A stretch of DNA of 64,000 nt, taken from contig JAJTGB010000012.1 in the NCBI GenBank assembly GCA_021298995.1, positions 1,486-65,485 of the forward strand, written 5' to 3'. The position numbers were made by a program, and so were the translations under genes. Positions 33,904-44,856 of this stretch are shown piece by piece (positions within the stretch are counted from its first letter, which is position 1; every line of letters starts with the position of its first letter). The notes below the pieces were generated by a model. It did not search any database. It was not told the DNA's origin and saw nothing but the letters and a program-made list of their open reading frames with translations. The stretch is from Comamonadaceae bacterium (lineage in GTDB: Bacteria; Pseudomonadota; Gammaproteobacteria; Burkholderiales; Burkholderiaceae_C).

Positions 33904-35012
33904 GATGAAACCTTTGCAGTTCGACGAAGCGGCAGAAGCCAAAGATGTCGCCACGACAAATTGAAATGTCTGAAAAGCAACCATGCCATGGCAAAGCAAA
34001 ATGCTCCACCATGCAAGCCAAGCATCAAAGCGGGAAAGCTGGTCTTGCCAGTCCCAATCCAGTTTTGACCGACATTGACCATGTTGTAGTAAGAGATGAA
34101 ACAAAACAAGGCAATGGCAAGGTGATAACTTTTGCCGATGCGGGGATTCACGCTGGCCACTGCGAGGCCCATGATGAGCAAATTGAGCGCCGCAAGGGGC
34201 AAGCCCATGCGCCAAGACAACTCTCCTAGGTTGATCGGAGTTGGAGCTTGAATCAGACCTAGCGTGCTCACCATTCGGCTTTGAATGTCAGAGATGGCCA
34301 ATTTGGATGTCGGGTCAATTAACAATTGATAGTCTTGGAAAGCCGTCACGCGAACATCACCCGTTTGGTGGTTGAGCAACATTTGCTGACCAGACTTCAA
34401 ACTTAAAAAACGCTCGCCTTGTTGAATTTCAATTTGACCTTGCTGGGCAGTGGTGACCGACTCAATAGCGCCATCTAGACTTGAAACAAAGACATTGCGC
34501 CCTGTTTGATTGTTGGGGCTGTCTTTGTCAATGAAAAAAACCCGCTTGCCACCCGACGATTCTTGAAACTGTCCAGGTGCAACGCGTTCTATGTCATTGC
34601 GCTGTTCGTACCTATTTTTGAGTTCTTGAATTTGCTTGTTGCTCCACGGCCATACAAAAAATGCCAGCAAAGCGATGGCCAAAAAGATCGGGCTGGCAAA
34701 TTTGAGGAGGGGCTTGGCAAAAGAAGTCAGGCCTTTTCCGCTTGAAAACCAAATGACCATCTCACTGTCTGCATACATGCGCGACAATGTTGAAACCACG
34801 GCAATGAACAAACTCAGTGTCAAAATGGTGGTGAGGTGACCGATGACGGTCAGACCCATCACCAGCATCACTTCTGAGGGATTGACTGAGCCCTTGGTGG
34901 CTTGACCCAAAGTTCGGATCAAAATGATGGTCATCACAATTGTGGCCAAAACCACAACGGTGGCACCAAAACTTCGGGCCAAATCTTTTTGTATGGAAGA
35001 ATGGAATAACAT
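33900..35012 (-). CDS. lptF: LPS export permease LptF
   Basis: MLFHSSI..LARSFGA, RMYADSEM.IW.SSG, GELSWR, VNPR. Confidence 0.93.
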   Translation of the reverse strand: MLFHSSIQKDLARSFGATVVVLATIVMTIILIRTLGQATKGSVNPSEVMLVMGLTVIGHLTTILTLSLFIAVVSTLSRMYADSEMVIWFSSGKGLTSFAKPLLKFASPIFLAIALLAFFVWPWSNKQIQELKNRYEQRNDIERVAPGQFQESSGGKRVFFIDKDSPNNQTGRNVFVSSLDGAIESVTTAQQGQIEIQQGERFLSLKSGQQMLLNHQTGDVRVTAFQDYQLLIDPTSKLAISDIQSRMVSTLGLIQAPTPINLGELSWRMGLPLAALNLLIMGLAVASVNPRIGKSYHLAIALFCFISYYNMVNVGQNWIGTGKTSFPALMLGLHGGAFCFAMAWLLFRHFNLSWRHLWLLPLRRTAKVSS

Positions 35013-35035
35013 TGTCGCGTTGGAAAACCTCAATT

Positions 35036-36523
35036 ATGAACTTCGAATTAAAAGCACTCAGCCTGGCAGCAGCCAGCAAACACCGTACGGACACCTTGAT
35101 TGTCCTCATTTCTGATCAATTCCAAGCCGGTCAAGACCCGCTTTCGACATTGATTTCAAAAGCCATCAAGGCCAAAGACTTTTCATCGAAGTCGGGCCAA
35201 ATGCTTCAAGCCTATGCCAGTCCTGGCATTTCTGCCTCCAAAGTTGTTTTTTTAGGCATTGGAAAGGGCAGTCCTCAGGACATCAAGTCGGCTCTCAACG
35301 CCCTGATTCCAAGCTTGAAGGCAAGCGAAACCCAAGCATTGTGCCTTGTGTCAACCGACGCTGGCAACGCTCAGCGCATTCAAAGCGTCCTTGTGGCCTT
35401 GGCCGACGGCACCTATGTGTACGGCACAACCCAATCCAAGCCCATTTCGCGCAGTTTGCGCCAAGTGACCTTGGCCGTGCCAAACACCACATCTGCGCTG
35501 GAATCTGCCTTTAAAACCACGGTCGCCATGATCAGTGGCATCGAGCTGGCCAAGGAGTGGGCCAACCGACCTGCCAACCATGCAACGCCCAGCATGCTTG
35601 GCAAAGCCGCCCAAGCCATTGCCAAATCTGCTGCTATCAGCTGTGAGGTTTTAGGCCCCAAAGAAGTGGCCAAATTGGGAATGGGCTCATTCATGTCAGT
35701 TGCCCAGGGTTCGGCCGAACCTCTTCGGTTCATTGTTCTGAAATACCAGGGAGGCGCAAAAACGGACGCGCCAACCGTGTTAGTCGGCAAAGGCATTACT
35801 TTTGATACTGGTGGTATTTCTCTCAAGCCTGCGGCTGAAATGGACGAGATGAAATACGACATGAGTGGCGCTGCCAGTGTTTTAGGCGTGTTCCATTCAT
35901 TGAGTCAAATCAAGCCCAAGATCAATGTGGTGGGCCTTATCCCTGCATGTGAAAACATGCCAGATGGTTTGGCAGTGAAGCCTGGCGATGTGGTCACCAG
36001 CATGAGCGGTCAAACGATCGAAATTTTGAACACCGATGCAGAGGGTCGCTTGATTTTGTGCGATGCCTTGACTTACGCAGAACGCTTCAAACCCAAAGCG
36101 GTGATTGACATTGCCACCCTCACTGGCGCTTGTGTGATTGCATTGGGTGCAGTTCGATCTGGCATGTTTGCAACCGAAGATGACTTGGCCCATCGCTTGC
36201 AGCAAGCCGGCGACGACGCCAATGATCTTTGCTGGCGTCTGCCATTGGACGATGCCTATTCAGAGGCCTTGAAGAGCAATTTTGCTGATGTGGCCAATGT
36301 TGGTGGACGCGCTGGTGGTGCCATTACAGCAGCCAAGTTTCTGCATCGGTTTACCAAAAAATACCCTTGGGCGCATTTGGACATTGCTGGCACAGCATGG
36401 AAAGGTGGCGCCGCCAAAGGCGCTACAGGTCGACCCGTCGGATTGTTGTTGCATTACCTGCTTTCGCAAGCTTCAACGCCAACCCAAAGTACACCCAAGA
36501 CTTCCAGTAAATCAGCCAAGTAA
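35036..36523 (+). CDS. pepA: Leucyl aminopeptidase (M17)
   Basis: GKGITFDTGG, MKYDMSG, NTDAEGRL, HLDIAG. Confidence 0.96.
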   Translation: MNFELKALSLAAASKHRTDTLIVLISDQFQAGQDPLSTLISKAIKAKDFSSKSGQMLQAYASPGISASKVVFLGIGKGSPQDIKSALNALIPSLKASETQALCLVSTDAGNAQRIQSVLVALADGTYVYGTTQSKPISRSLRQVTLAVPNTTSALESAFKTTVAMISGIELAKEWANRPANHATPSMLGKAAQAIAKSAAISCEVLGPKEVAKLGMGSFMSVAQGSAEPLRFIVLKYQGGAKTDAPTVLVGKGITFDTGGISLKPAAEMDEMKYDMSGAASVLGVFHSLSQIKPKINVVGLIPACENMPDGLAVKPGDVVTSMSGQTIEILNTDAEGRLILCDALTYAERFKPKAVIDIATLTGACVIALGAVRSGMFATEDDLAHRLQQAGDDANDLCWRLPLDDAYSEALKSNFADVANVGGRAGGAITAAKFLHRFTKKYPWAHLDIAGTAWKGGAAKGATGRPVGLLLHYLLSQASTPTQSTPKTSSKSAK

Positions 36524-36553
36524 TGGGCAACGCCTGAGGCCTGCCAGCCACCT

Positions 36554-37006
36554 ATGACGCAAGTTGATTTTCATTTCAATGCGCCTGAAAAGTTGCCCTA
36601 CGTTTGCCGTTTGTTGCGCAAGGCAACTGGTCAGGGCCGCAAAGTGGGCGTGTTGGCAGACCAAGACACATGCCACTTGTTGAGTCAAGCCTTGTGGAAT
36701 TTGAATGCCACTGATTTTGTGAGCCATTGCTCTCTTAGAGATCCAGCCCATTTGTTGGCACATTCCAGCGTCATTTATTCATCTGACTGGGCGCTCTTGT
36801 CCCAACAATCTCAACTCGACGTGTATCTCAATATGAACGATTTGGCCCCTGAAAATCTATCTGGGGTGAATCGATTGATTGAAGTCGTAGGTCCAGAGGA
36901 GAGGGACAAAGCAAGCGCGAGGCAGCGCTGGAAACAATATGCCCAGCTGGGTTTTCAAATCAATCGATTCGATTTGGCCGCAGTGGTCCAGAATCAAGCC
37001 GCCTGA
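36554..37006 (+). CDS. holC: DNA polymerase III chi subunit
   Basis: VDFHFN, CRLLRKA, LW....FVSH, RLIEVV, ARQRWKQY; follows pepA. Confidence 0.9.
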   Translation: MTQVDFHFNAPEKLPYVCRLLRKATGQGRKVGVLADQDTCHLLSQALWNLNATDFVSHCSLRDPAHLLAHSSVIYSSDWALLSQQSQLDVYLNMNDLAPENLSGVNRLIEVVGPEERDKASARQRWKQYAQLGFQINRFDLAAVVQNQAA

Positions 37007-37080
37007 CTTTTAGGCTATTGCGCCCAAGCCGGCAGTGTTGAGGGCGAACAAAGGGTCGGTATGCACAAATTCCGTGGTTT

Positions 37081-39114
37081 TTAGACACTGAGCCCGCGCT
37101 TGGTGAGCAAAGGCGTCACGGTAGGCTCTCTGCCTCTAAACGCTACATAAGCCGCCATGGGATCTTGTCGATTGCCAGCGGAGTAAATGTGCTCATACAG
37201 TTTTTGAGCAGGCTCTTTGGCAAACAAATCGCCGGCTTCTAAGAAAGCATCAAAGCCATCTGCGTCCAACACCTCTGCCCACATGTAAACGTAATAAGCA
37301 GATGCGTAGCCGTTAGATGAAAACAAGTGTGAAAAATGTGGCAGTCTGTGTCGCATGCCAATGGCTGGTGGCATTTGGATGGCGTTCAGGGTTTGGGCTT
37401 CGAATTTTTGGAAATCCAAGTTGTCTAAATCGGTGTTTTCGTGCAAGGCCAAATCGACCAAAGCACAAGACACATATTCAACAGTTGCAAATCCTTGATT
37501 GAAGGTTTGTGCGGCCAGTATTTTTTGAATCAGCTCGTGTGGCATGGGCTGGCCCGTTTCTGCATGCAATGCAAACTCCTTCAGGATTTGCGGTTGCATC
37601 AACCAGTTTTCATAGACCTGCGAGGGGAACTCTACAAAGTCACGAAGAACACTGGTTCCGGATAGGCGAGGGTACTTGACCTTGGACAACAAACCGTGCA
37701 AACCATGGCCGAATTCATGGAACAGGGTTCGGGCATCGTCCAAGCTCAAAAGTGTGGGTTTTCCAACTTCGCCCTGAGAAAAATTGTTGTTGTTGACCAC
37801 AATGGGGCGAACTTCTTGCGTCAAGTTCATGGGGTCTCGGTAAGTGCTCATCCATGCACCCGATCGTTTGCTACTGCGTGCAAAATTGTCACTCAAAAAT
37901 AAGCCGACGTGCTTTCCTTCGTTGTCGGTTACATCCCAGCCAGTGACAGAGTCGTGGTATTTGGAAATGTTGGTCACTTGCTTGAAGTGAACGCCAAACA
38001 AACGGCTTGCCACGGCGAACATGGCTTCCATGAGTTTGTGAAGTTGCAAATAAGGTTTTATTTCTGCCTCATTCAAATCGAATTTCTCTTTTCGAACTCG
38101 CTCGGTCCAGTAGTGCCAGTCCCATGCGGCCAAATCAGAAAGACCCGAAAGTTTTTTCAGGTCTTGGCCTTCCTGAATGGCCTTCAACCTGGCAGGACGC
38201 CAGACACGCATCAACAAATCTCTGGCTTTGGCTGGGCTGCCAGCCATGGTGTCTGCCAATGCATAGTCAGAGAAATTTTGGTAACCCAAAAGGCGCGCTT
38301 GGGCCAAGCGGATTTTCAAAATTTCGTGCATGACCATTTGATTGTTGTGAGGGCCTGCGTTTTCGCCGCGCTTGCACCAAGCCTTCCACATGGTTTCACG
38401 CAGGTCGCGTCTTTCGGAAAAAGTCATGAACGGTGTCAAGGAAGATCTGGACAGCGTGAATGCATGGGCATTGTGTTGCGTCAGGCCGCGGTCTTTTGCC
38501 AGTTGCTTGGCGGCACTCCTGACAAAACCTGGGAGCCCTGCAAGCTCTTCTTCTTCCGTCAGGACCAAGCAAAAAAGAGCTTCATCGGCCAACACGTTTT
38601 GAGAAAACTGAGTAAAGCAACTGGCCAGTTTTTCGGCATAAGCTGCAAATGATTGTCGATCTTGGTCCTTGAGTTTGGCGCCTGCACGGACAAAATCTAA
38701 GTGGTATCTCTCGATGAGGCGAACACTGACCGAATCTAAACCGAGAAGTTGTCTGTTTTGGTGCAACTTTTCAATCCGTTGAAAAAGCGCTTGGTTCAGG
38801 AACAAGGCTGCATTGTGTGCAGCAAGTTTGGGAGCAATGTCGCGCTCAATACTTTGGATGTCTGGAGAAGTATGGGATGCGCTGAGGTTAAAAAAGACGG
38901 AAGTGGTTTGATTTAACAGGGCGCCACTGGATTCCAGCGCTAGCAATGTGTTTTCAAATGTGGGTTCATCTTGTCGATTGGCGATATCTTGAATTTCAGT
39001 TTGATGCTTTGCCAATGCCATGTTGAAAGCTTCAGGAAAATGATTGGCTTGGATGTTTTCAAAGGGTGGCATCTCAAAGGGGGTTAGCCAAGTTTGCAAC
39101 AATGGATTGGTCAT
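37081..39114 (-). CDS. dcp: M3 family peptidase (peptidyl-dipeptidase Dcp-like)
   Basis: TNPLL, KRSGAWM, FHEFGHGLHG, RDFVEFPSQ, YY.YMWAEVLDAD. Confidence 0.88.
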   Translation of the reverse strand: MTNPLLQTWLTPFEMPPFENIQANHFPEAFNMALAKHQTEIQDIANRQDEPTFENTLLALESSGALLNQTTSVFFNLSASHTSPDIQSIERDIAPKLAAHNAALFLNQALFQRIEKLHQNRQLLGLDSVSVRLIERYHLDFVRAGAKLKDQDRQSFAAYAEKLASCFTQFSQNVLADEALFCLVLTEEEELAGLPGFVRSAAKQLAKDRGLTQHNAHAFTLSRSSLTPFMTFSERRDLRETMWKAWCKRGENAGPHNNQMVMHEILKIRLAQARLLGYQNFSDYALADTMAGSPAKARDLLMRVWRPARLKAIQEGQDLKKLSGLSDLAAWDWHYWTERVRKEKFDLNEAEIKPYLQLHKLMEAMFAVASRLFGVHFKQVTNISKYHDSVTGWDVTDNEGKHVGLFLSDNFARSSKRSGAWMSTYRDPMNLTQEVRPIVVNNNNFSQGEVGKPTLLSLDDARTLFHEFGHGLHGLLSKVKYPRLSGTSVLRDFVEFPSQVYENWLMQPQILKEFALHAETGQPMPHELIQKILAAQTFNQGFATVEYVSCALVDLALHENTDLDNLDFQKFEAQTLNAIQMPPAIGMRHRLPHFSHLFSSNGYASAYYVYMWAEVLDADGFDAFLEAGDLFAKEPAQKLYEHIYSAGNRQDPMAAYVAFRGREPTVTPLLTKRGLSV

Positions 39115-39304
39115 GGTTTACTCAGAAATAAATAACGTTGAATATTTCACTTTTGGGTTTAACTTGCAATCAAGGCATGCGTGTAAGTAATAACCCTTCA
39201 TAGCGTCGATTTGTCAAGATTTTGCATCAAGTTAGATTATTCTCCACCCTTTGGTTTCAAGTGAAATTTGTACCTGTACTGACAGAGGAAAAATGTGCAT
39301 CTAG

Positions 39305-41035
39305 TTGTTGGTTCAACCCAAAGCAAATCCCGCCGACCCAGACAAGGTTTTGAAGGTGGCTTTTCCGGTGCCTGAAACGGGTTTTGATCCTGTTCGCGTG
39401 AATGACTTGTATTCAAACACCATCACAGGTGTAATTTTCCAGCCACTACTGACTTACGACTGGATGGCCATGCCCACTCGGTTGGTGCCCAATGCCGCCG
39501 AATCGATGCCCGTGGTTTCAGCCGACCAAACGACTTTCACATTCAAAGTGAAAAAAGGTTTGTATTTCACGCCCGATGATGCATTCAAAGGACAACGGCG
39601 CGAACTCACTGCGCAAGATTTTGTCTACACCTTGCTGCGTCATGCCGATCCCAAAAATCGAAGCCCCCAGGTTTCAGACTTTGATGACAAGATTCTTGGA
39701 TTTGCAGAGTCACGAAAAAAAGCGGTGGCTTCTGGAAAATTTGATTATGACCAAAAGCACCCTGGTATGTATGCGACTGATCGCTACACATTGGTCATTC
39801 AATTGATCCAGCCCGACCGCAACTTCCTAACCCTGCTGACAAACCCATTTTCGGGTGCTATGGCCCGCGAGGTCGTAGAGAAGTATGGCTTTGAAGGCAT
39901 CATGGCCAATCCCGTGGGAACAGGGCCTTACATCCTGGAGAAGTGGGTTCGGGGTTCCAAAATTATTCTCAAAGCCAACCCTGAATTTCCAGGTTTTGTT
40001 TGGGACTTTCAAGCCCCCTCCAACAACCCCGTCGAAATTCGCATCGCCAATCAGATGCAGGGCAGAAAAATGCCTCAAATTGGGCGTGTTGAAGTCAGCA
40101 TCATTGAAGAGCCTCAATCGATGTGGCTGGCTTTCAGCGGCAAGGAAATTGATGCGGTAGCGGTACCGCCTTCGTTCATTGAAAAGGCGCTCACCCCCAA
40201 AAATGATCTGCTTCAGTCTTGGGTGGCGCAAGGCGTGAACATGTACCGAAGTGTTGAGCCCGACATTCGCTACCAGTTCTTCAACATGAGGGACCCAGTG
40301 ATTGGTGGCTACACCCCAGAAAAAATTGCGCTCCGAAGGGCCATCATCATGGGCTTTGATGTTGATGAAGAAATTCGAGTGATTCGCAAAGGGCAAGCTG
40401 TGAAGGCACAGCAAATGGTTTCTCCTGTTGTGGCGGGTCATGACCCTAACTACAAAAGCATTGTCAAGTTCAGCCCGCTATCGGCCAATGCCTTGTTAGA
40501 TCAGTTTGGCTACAAGAAGGATGCCAAGGGTTATCGAAACATGCCCGATGGCAAACCGCTGATTTTCACCATTTACTCTTCCACATCTTCCATCGATCGC
40601 GAGAGAGATGAGCTCTGGAAAAAATCGATGGATCGCTTGGGTATTCGGCTTAAGGTCAAAAAGGACAAGTTTCCTGAGATGCTCAAGCAGGGCAAGCAAT
40701 GTGCCATTCCTTCATGGTCACTGGGCTGGACGCGTTCTTCTGAAGCCGAATTTGTGATGAAGTTGTTGTATTCCAAAACCATTGGGCAAAACAACTATGC
40801 TTGTTTTGAAAGTGCCGAGTACGACGCTTACTTTGAGCAGCTCAAACGCCTGCCAGATGGCCCTGAGCGTACCCGCGTATTGCACAACATGTACCGCTTG
40901 ATGGAAATAAATGGGGTTTTGGGCTTGAGTTCGACAGGCATTGCGACACGCCTGAGTCATCAGCGTTTAGAAGGTTTTCGCAAGCACCCTCTGATATTGG
41001 GTGATTGGATTTACTATGACATTCAAAAACCATAA
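39305..41035 (+). CDS. Family 5 ABC solute-binding protein lacking a visible signal peptide
   Basis: ETGFDP, PVGTGPY, KIALRRAI, LLDQFGY; 5' end anomalous. Confidence 0.85.
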   Translation: MLVQPKANPADPDKVLKVAFPVPETGFDPVRVNDLYSNTITGVIFQPLLTYDWMAMPTRLVPNAAESMPVVSADQTTFTFKVKKGLYFTPDDAFKGQRRELTAQDFVYTLLRHADPKNRSPQVSDFDDKILGFAESRKKAVASGKFDYDQKHPGMYATDRYTLVIQLIQPDRNFLTLLTNPFSGAMAREVVEKYGFEGIMANPVGTGPYILEKWVRGSKIILKANPEFPGFVWDFQAPSNNPVEIRIANQMQGRKMPQIGRVEVSIIEEPQSMWLAFSGKEIDAVAVPPSFIEKALTPKNDLLQSWVAQGVNMYRSVEPDIRYQFFNMRDPVIGGYTPEKIALRRAIIMGFDVDEEIRVIRKGQAVKAQQMVSPVVAGHDPNYKSIVKFSPLSANALLDQFGYKKDAKGYRNMPDGKPLIFTIYSSTSSIDRERDELWKKSMDRLGIRLKVKKDKFPEMLKQGKQCAIPSWSLGWTRSSEAEFVMKLLYSKTIGQNNYACFESAEYDAYFEQLKRLPDGPERTRVLHNMYRLMEINGVLGLSSTGIATRLSHQRLEGFRKHPLILGDWIYYDIQKP

Positions 41036-41048
41036 GGGGCATTGAAGC

Positions 41049-41987
41049 ATGAGTGCCTACATTATTCGCCGTATATGGCAAATGATTCCCACGCTGGCCG
41101 GGGTCATATTGCTGGTGTTTTTTCTGTTTAACTGGATCGGTGGCGACCCTGCCTATGTGTTGGCCGGCCTGTTTTCAAGCCAAGAACAAATTGACAGCAT
41201 CCGTGCTGAACTGGGACTGGATCAACCACTCGTGGTTCAGTTGTGGATTTTTGTCAAACAAGTAGCCACCTTCGACTTTGGCAACAGTTGGACAACGGGT
41301 GAATCGGTTGCAGATATTTTTGCAACGCGTTTGCCGGCGTCCTTGACCTTGATGGCGCCCTTGCTCTTGATAGAAACACTCGTGGCTTTGGTTCTGGCTG
41401 TGGGCCTTGCGTGGGTTAGAGGATCGTCTATTGATCGAGGCACCATGGTGGTGTTCACGGCGCTCATGTCCGTCAGTATTTTGGTCTTCATCATCTTGGG
41501 GCAATACGTGCTGGCTTATCGCTTGGGTTGGTTTCCAGTTCAAGGATGGAGTGACGACTACTGGAAAAATATCAGCACCTATGCACCCCTGCCCATCTTG
41601 CTTGGTTTGTTGGTGAGTATTGCCCCCAATACGCGCTTGTTTAGAAGCTTCGTGCTGGATGAAGTTGATCAGGACTACGTGCGCACGGCACGTGCCAAGG
41701 GTCTCTCTGAGCCCCGCGTGATGTTTGTGCATGTGTTGCGCAACGCGCTCATTCCCGTTATCACGTTTGTCATTTCCAATTTGCCTGGTTTGTTGTTGGG
41801 CGCATTTTTGTTGGAAAGATTCTTTGGTATTCCGGGAGTTGGTCGCGAAATTATCTTGGCCGTTGAGCGAAGTGATTTTCCTGTGATCAAGGCCGTGACG
41901 GTCTATGTGGCCATTGCCACCATGATTTTCAATTTGATTGGTGATGTGTTGTACCGCATGACCGATCCTCGAGTGCAATTGCGCTGA
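41049..41987 (+). CDS. Peptide ABC permease (OppB-like)
   Basis: YIIRR, GGDPA, DYVRTARAKGL, HVLRNAL, DPRV. Confidence 0.93.
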   Translation: MSAYIIRRIWQMIPTLAGVILLVFFLFNWIGGDPAYVLAGLFSSQEQIDSIRAELGLDQPLVVQLWIFVKQVATFDFGNSWTTGESVADIFATRLPASLTLMAPLLLIETLVALVLAVGLAWVRGSSIDRGTMVVFTALMSVSILVFIILGQYVLAYRLGWFPVQGWSDDYWKNISTYAPLPILLGLLVSIAPNTRLFRSFVLDEVDQDYVRTARAKGLSEPRVMFVHVLRNALIPVITFVISNLPGLLLGAFLLERFFGIPGVGREIILAVERSDFPVIKAVTVYVAIATMIFNLIGDVLYRMTDPRVQLR

Positions 41988-42004
41988 GACCCGTCTTTCG
42001 TTTT

Positions 42005-43054
42005 ATGAATATGCAAATTCAATCAAATGTCGTAGCCAATGTGAGTGAAGGTGCTTGGGCTCTGGCCTGGCGTCGCTTCAAGTCTGATCGTGTGGGTGTC
42101 TGGAGCGGCATCACTGTCATCCTCAGCTTGGCCTTGGTATTAAGCACTCTTCTGGGGTCTTTGGCCTCCGATTGGGAAAAGGAAGTGGCCATCAGCCATG
42201 CACCCCCTTCATGGGCCATGGGTGGCTTCCAGGGTGACGATGCATCTGCCAACACGCCTGAGCTTGTGCTGTACGAGCCCACACCCACTGATGTGCTTGA
42301 CCCTATTGCTGCGCAATGGGAGTTGGCGCAAAAAGCAGTCAAGCCTGCTGGTGAAAAGGTGAACGCGCTTGCAACGAGCCTGCCTATGGGATCTGACAAG
42401 TGGGGCAGGGATGTGTTGGCCAAGACCATCAAAGGGGCTGAAACCAGTATCTTGGTCGGTTTGGCTGCAGCCTTGATGGCCACACTGATAGGCTCTGTAT
42501 TGGGGGCTGTGTCTGGCTGGTACGGGGGTGTTGTCGACGACTTGAGCAATTGGCTCTACAACGTCTTTCACTCCATTCCTGGCATTTTGCTTATCTTGGC
42601 CATTGCAGCAGTTCTCAATACCAAAGGGACCATGGCCGTGGTGCTTATTTTGGGAACCACCGGTTGGACCGGTACCTACCGACTGATGCGCGGTGAATAC
42701 CTTAAACACCGCAACAGAGATTATGTGCGGGCTGCTGATGCCATTGGCGCTTCGAACAACAGACGCATGTTTGTGCACATCTTGCCCAATGTCAGCCACG
42801 TCATTTTGGTTCAGTTTTCCTTGCTCACGGTGGCCTGTATCAAAGCCGAAGTTATTTTGTCTTTCCTGGGTTTTGGTGTGCCAGTCGATGGCGTTTCTTG
42901 GGGCACGATGCTCACAGAGGCCCAAAATGATTTGTTGGTTGGCAAATGGTGGCAACTGCTATCGGCCACGGTGGCCATGTCCATTTTTGTGACCGGCCTG
43001 TCTCTTCTCACAGACTCACTCAGGGATGCCTTAGATCCCAAAGTGATTCACTGA
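42005..43054 (+). CDS. Peptide ABC permease (OppC-like)
   Basis: WRRFK N-terminal motif, GSDKWGRD, YVRAADAIGAS, LRDALDPK. Confidence 0.93.
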   Translation: MNMQIQSNVVANVSEGAWALAWRRFKSDRVGVWSGITVILSLALVLSTLLGSLASDWEKEVAISHAPPSWAMGGFQGDDASANTPELVLYEPTPTDVLDPIAAQWELAQKAVKPAGEKVNALATSLPMGSDKWGRDVLAKTIKGAETSILVGLAAALMATLIGSVLGAVSGWYGGVVDDLSNWLYNVFHSIPGILLILAIAAVLNTKGTMAVVLILGTTGWTGTYRLMRGEYLKHRNRDYVRAADAIGASNNRRMFVHILPNVSHVILVQFSLLTVACIKAEVILSFLGFGVPVDGVSWGTMLTEAQNDLLVGKWWQLLSATVAMSIFVTGLSLLTDSLRDALDPKVIH

Positions 43055-43068
43055 GCTTTATCGATTGA

Positions 43069-44832
43069 ATGCTTCTCATGGCGACACGCAGACCACCACC
43101 CCCCATCGCTCAAATTTCTGACAACTTGTTGGAAGTGAAGAACCTCACAGTCGATTTCATCAGTGCCTCTAAAGCACCTGTTCGAGCGGTTGAAGAGGTC
43201 TCATTTGTCATTCCCCGCGAACGAACTGTTGCTTTGGTCGGGGAATCTGGCAGTGGCAAGTCTGTCAGTGCTTTGGCCATCATGGGCTTATTGCCCCCGC
43301 AAAATGCCAAAGTGGCCTTGCATTCTGCCATCGAGTACGACAACCGATCCTTGTTGAATCTCTCAAGATCTGAATGGCAACTGATTCGCGGCTCCCGCAT
43401 TGCCATGATTTTTCAAGATCCCATGACGTCTTTGAATCCGGTTTATACCGTGGGCTTTCAGCTGGCAGAGATGTTGAAAATTCACAAGAACATACCGAAC
43501 AAAGAAGCGGCGCAGAGAGCATGTGATTTGCTCGAAGAAGTGGGCATCCCAGAGCCTCGCAAACGAGTCAATGCCTATCCGCACGAGCTTTCTGGCGGGC
43601 AACAGCAAAGGGTCATGATTGCCATGGCACTGGCTTGCGAGCCCGAGTTGCTCATTGCAGACGAACCCACCACAGCCTTGGACGTAACGGTACAAAGACA
43701 GATTTTGTTGCTTCTAGCCGAATTGCGCGAGAGGCGTCGAATGGCCATGCTGTTCATTACCCACGATCTTGGTTTGGTCAGTGAAGTGGCCGATCAAGCT
43801 GTGGTGATGCGCAAGGGAACAGTGCGTGAAGCAGGGCCCGTAAGAACACTCTTTACTCAGCCGCAAGACCCGTACACCAAGGCTCTCTTGAGCTGCCGCC
43901 CCAGCGTAGAGCGTCAGGGGCAAAGGCTCTTGACCATTGACGATTGGATGTCGGCCAACAGCTCAGACGATGTTTCGGCTTCTGCTGCGCCCTCCACAGT
44001 TGAGCCTATTGCTGTTGTCAAAGCTTCGGAATCAGACAAGCCATTGTTGGAAGTTCAGGGCCTGAGAAAAGTTTTCAAACGCTCTGGTCCTTGGTTCCAG
44101 AGTGATGACTTCGTGGCCGTTGAGAACGTCAGTTTCCAGCTGAAACGTGGGCAAACGGTTGGGTTAGTGGGTGAGTCTGGTTCCGGTAAAACCACCGTTG
44201 GCCTGTGCCTGCTTAGGCTCCATGAGGCCACAGCTGGCAAGGTCTTGTATGAAGGCAAAAACTTGCTTGAAATGAGCAACTCAGAGTTTGCTACTTACAA
44301 GCGCAGGTTGCAGATTGTTTTTCAAAATCCTTATGCGTCCTTGAATCCAAGATTCACAGTGGGTGAAATTTTGAGCGAACCCATGCAGCTTCACGGGATT
44401 GGTCAGAACAGCGCCGACTGGGAGAAAAAATCTTTGTCATTGCTCGACAAAGTGGGCATGCCGGCTTCGGCACTCAAACGCTATCCATTTGAATTTTCTG
44501 GCGGCCAACGCCAACGCATCGCCATTGCTCGGTCTTTGAGTTTGTCGCCCGAGGTGGTGGTGTTGGATGAAGCCGTTTCTGCTTTGGATGTCTCTGTTCA
44601 AGCCCAAGTGCTCAACTTGCTTAAGGATCTGCAAAAAGATCTGGGACTGAGCTATCTGTTTATCTCACACGATTTGGAAGTTGTGAGATACATGTCTGAC
44701 TCTTTGCTGGTGATGAACAAAGGTCAAGTGGTGGAGCAGGGTGATGCTGCAAGTATTTACCAGCAACCCCAGCATGCTTATACCCAAACCTTGCTAGCAG
44801 CTGTGCCCAAACTTCAAGAGTCATTCATTTGA
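43069..44832 (+). CDS. Fused double-domain peptide ABC ATPase
   Basis: Two GESGSGK motifs, LSGGQQQR and FSGGQRQR. Confidence 0.94.
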   Translation: MLLMATRRPPPPIAQISDNLLEVKNLTVDFISASKAPVRAVEEVSFVIPRERTVALVGESGSGKSVSALAIMGLLPPQNAKVALHSAIEYDNRSLLNLSRSEWQLIRGSRIAMIFQDPMTSLNPVYTVGFQLAEMLKIHKNIPNKEAAQRACDLLEEVGIPEPRKRVNAYPHELSGGQQQRVMIAMALACEPELLIADEPTTALDVTVQRQILLLLAELRERRRMAMLFITHDLGLVSEVADQAVVMRKGTVREAGPVRTLFTQPQDPYTKALLSCRPSVERQGQRLLTIDDWMSANSSDDVSASAAPSTVEPIAVVKASESDKPLLEVQGLRKVFKRSGPWFQSDDFVAVENVSFQLKRGQTVGLVGESGSGKTTVGLCLLRLHEATAGKVLYEGKNLLEMSNSEFATYKRRLQIVFQNPYASLNPRFTVGEILSEPMQLHGIGQNSADWEKKSLSLLDKVGMPASALKRYPFEFSGGQRQRIAIARSLSLSPEVVVLDEAVSALDVSVQAQVLNLLKDLQKDLGLSYLFISHDLEVVRYMSDSLLVMNKGQVVEQGDAASIYQQPQHAYTQTLLAAVPKLQESFI

Positions 44833-44856
44833 TGGCTGCCTGACAGGAAAGTGACA

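Noticed and set aside
33904-34215. Long N-terminal extensions of lptG, pepA, dapC, dapE and the 51777 ORF
   Set aside because: Artefacts of longest-ORF calling; downstream ATGs match family starts and stop/start overlaps.
39293-39304. TAG readthrough or alternative genetic code
   Set aside because: TAG ends several normal genes here (icd, LysR, fabI), and readthrough would still give no signal peptide.
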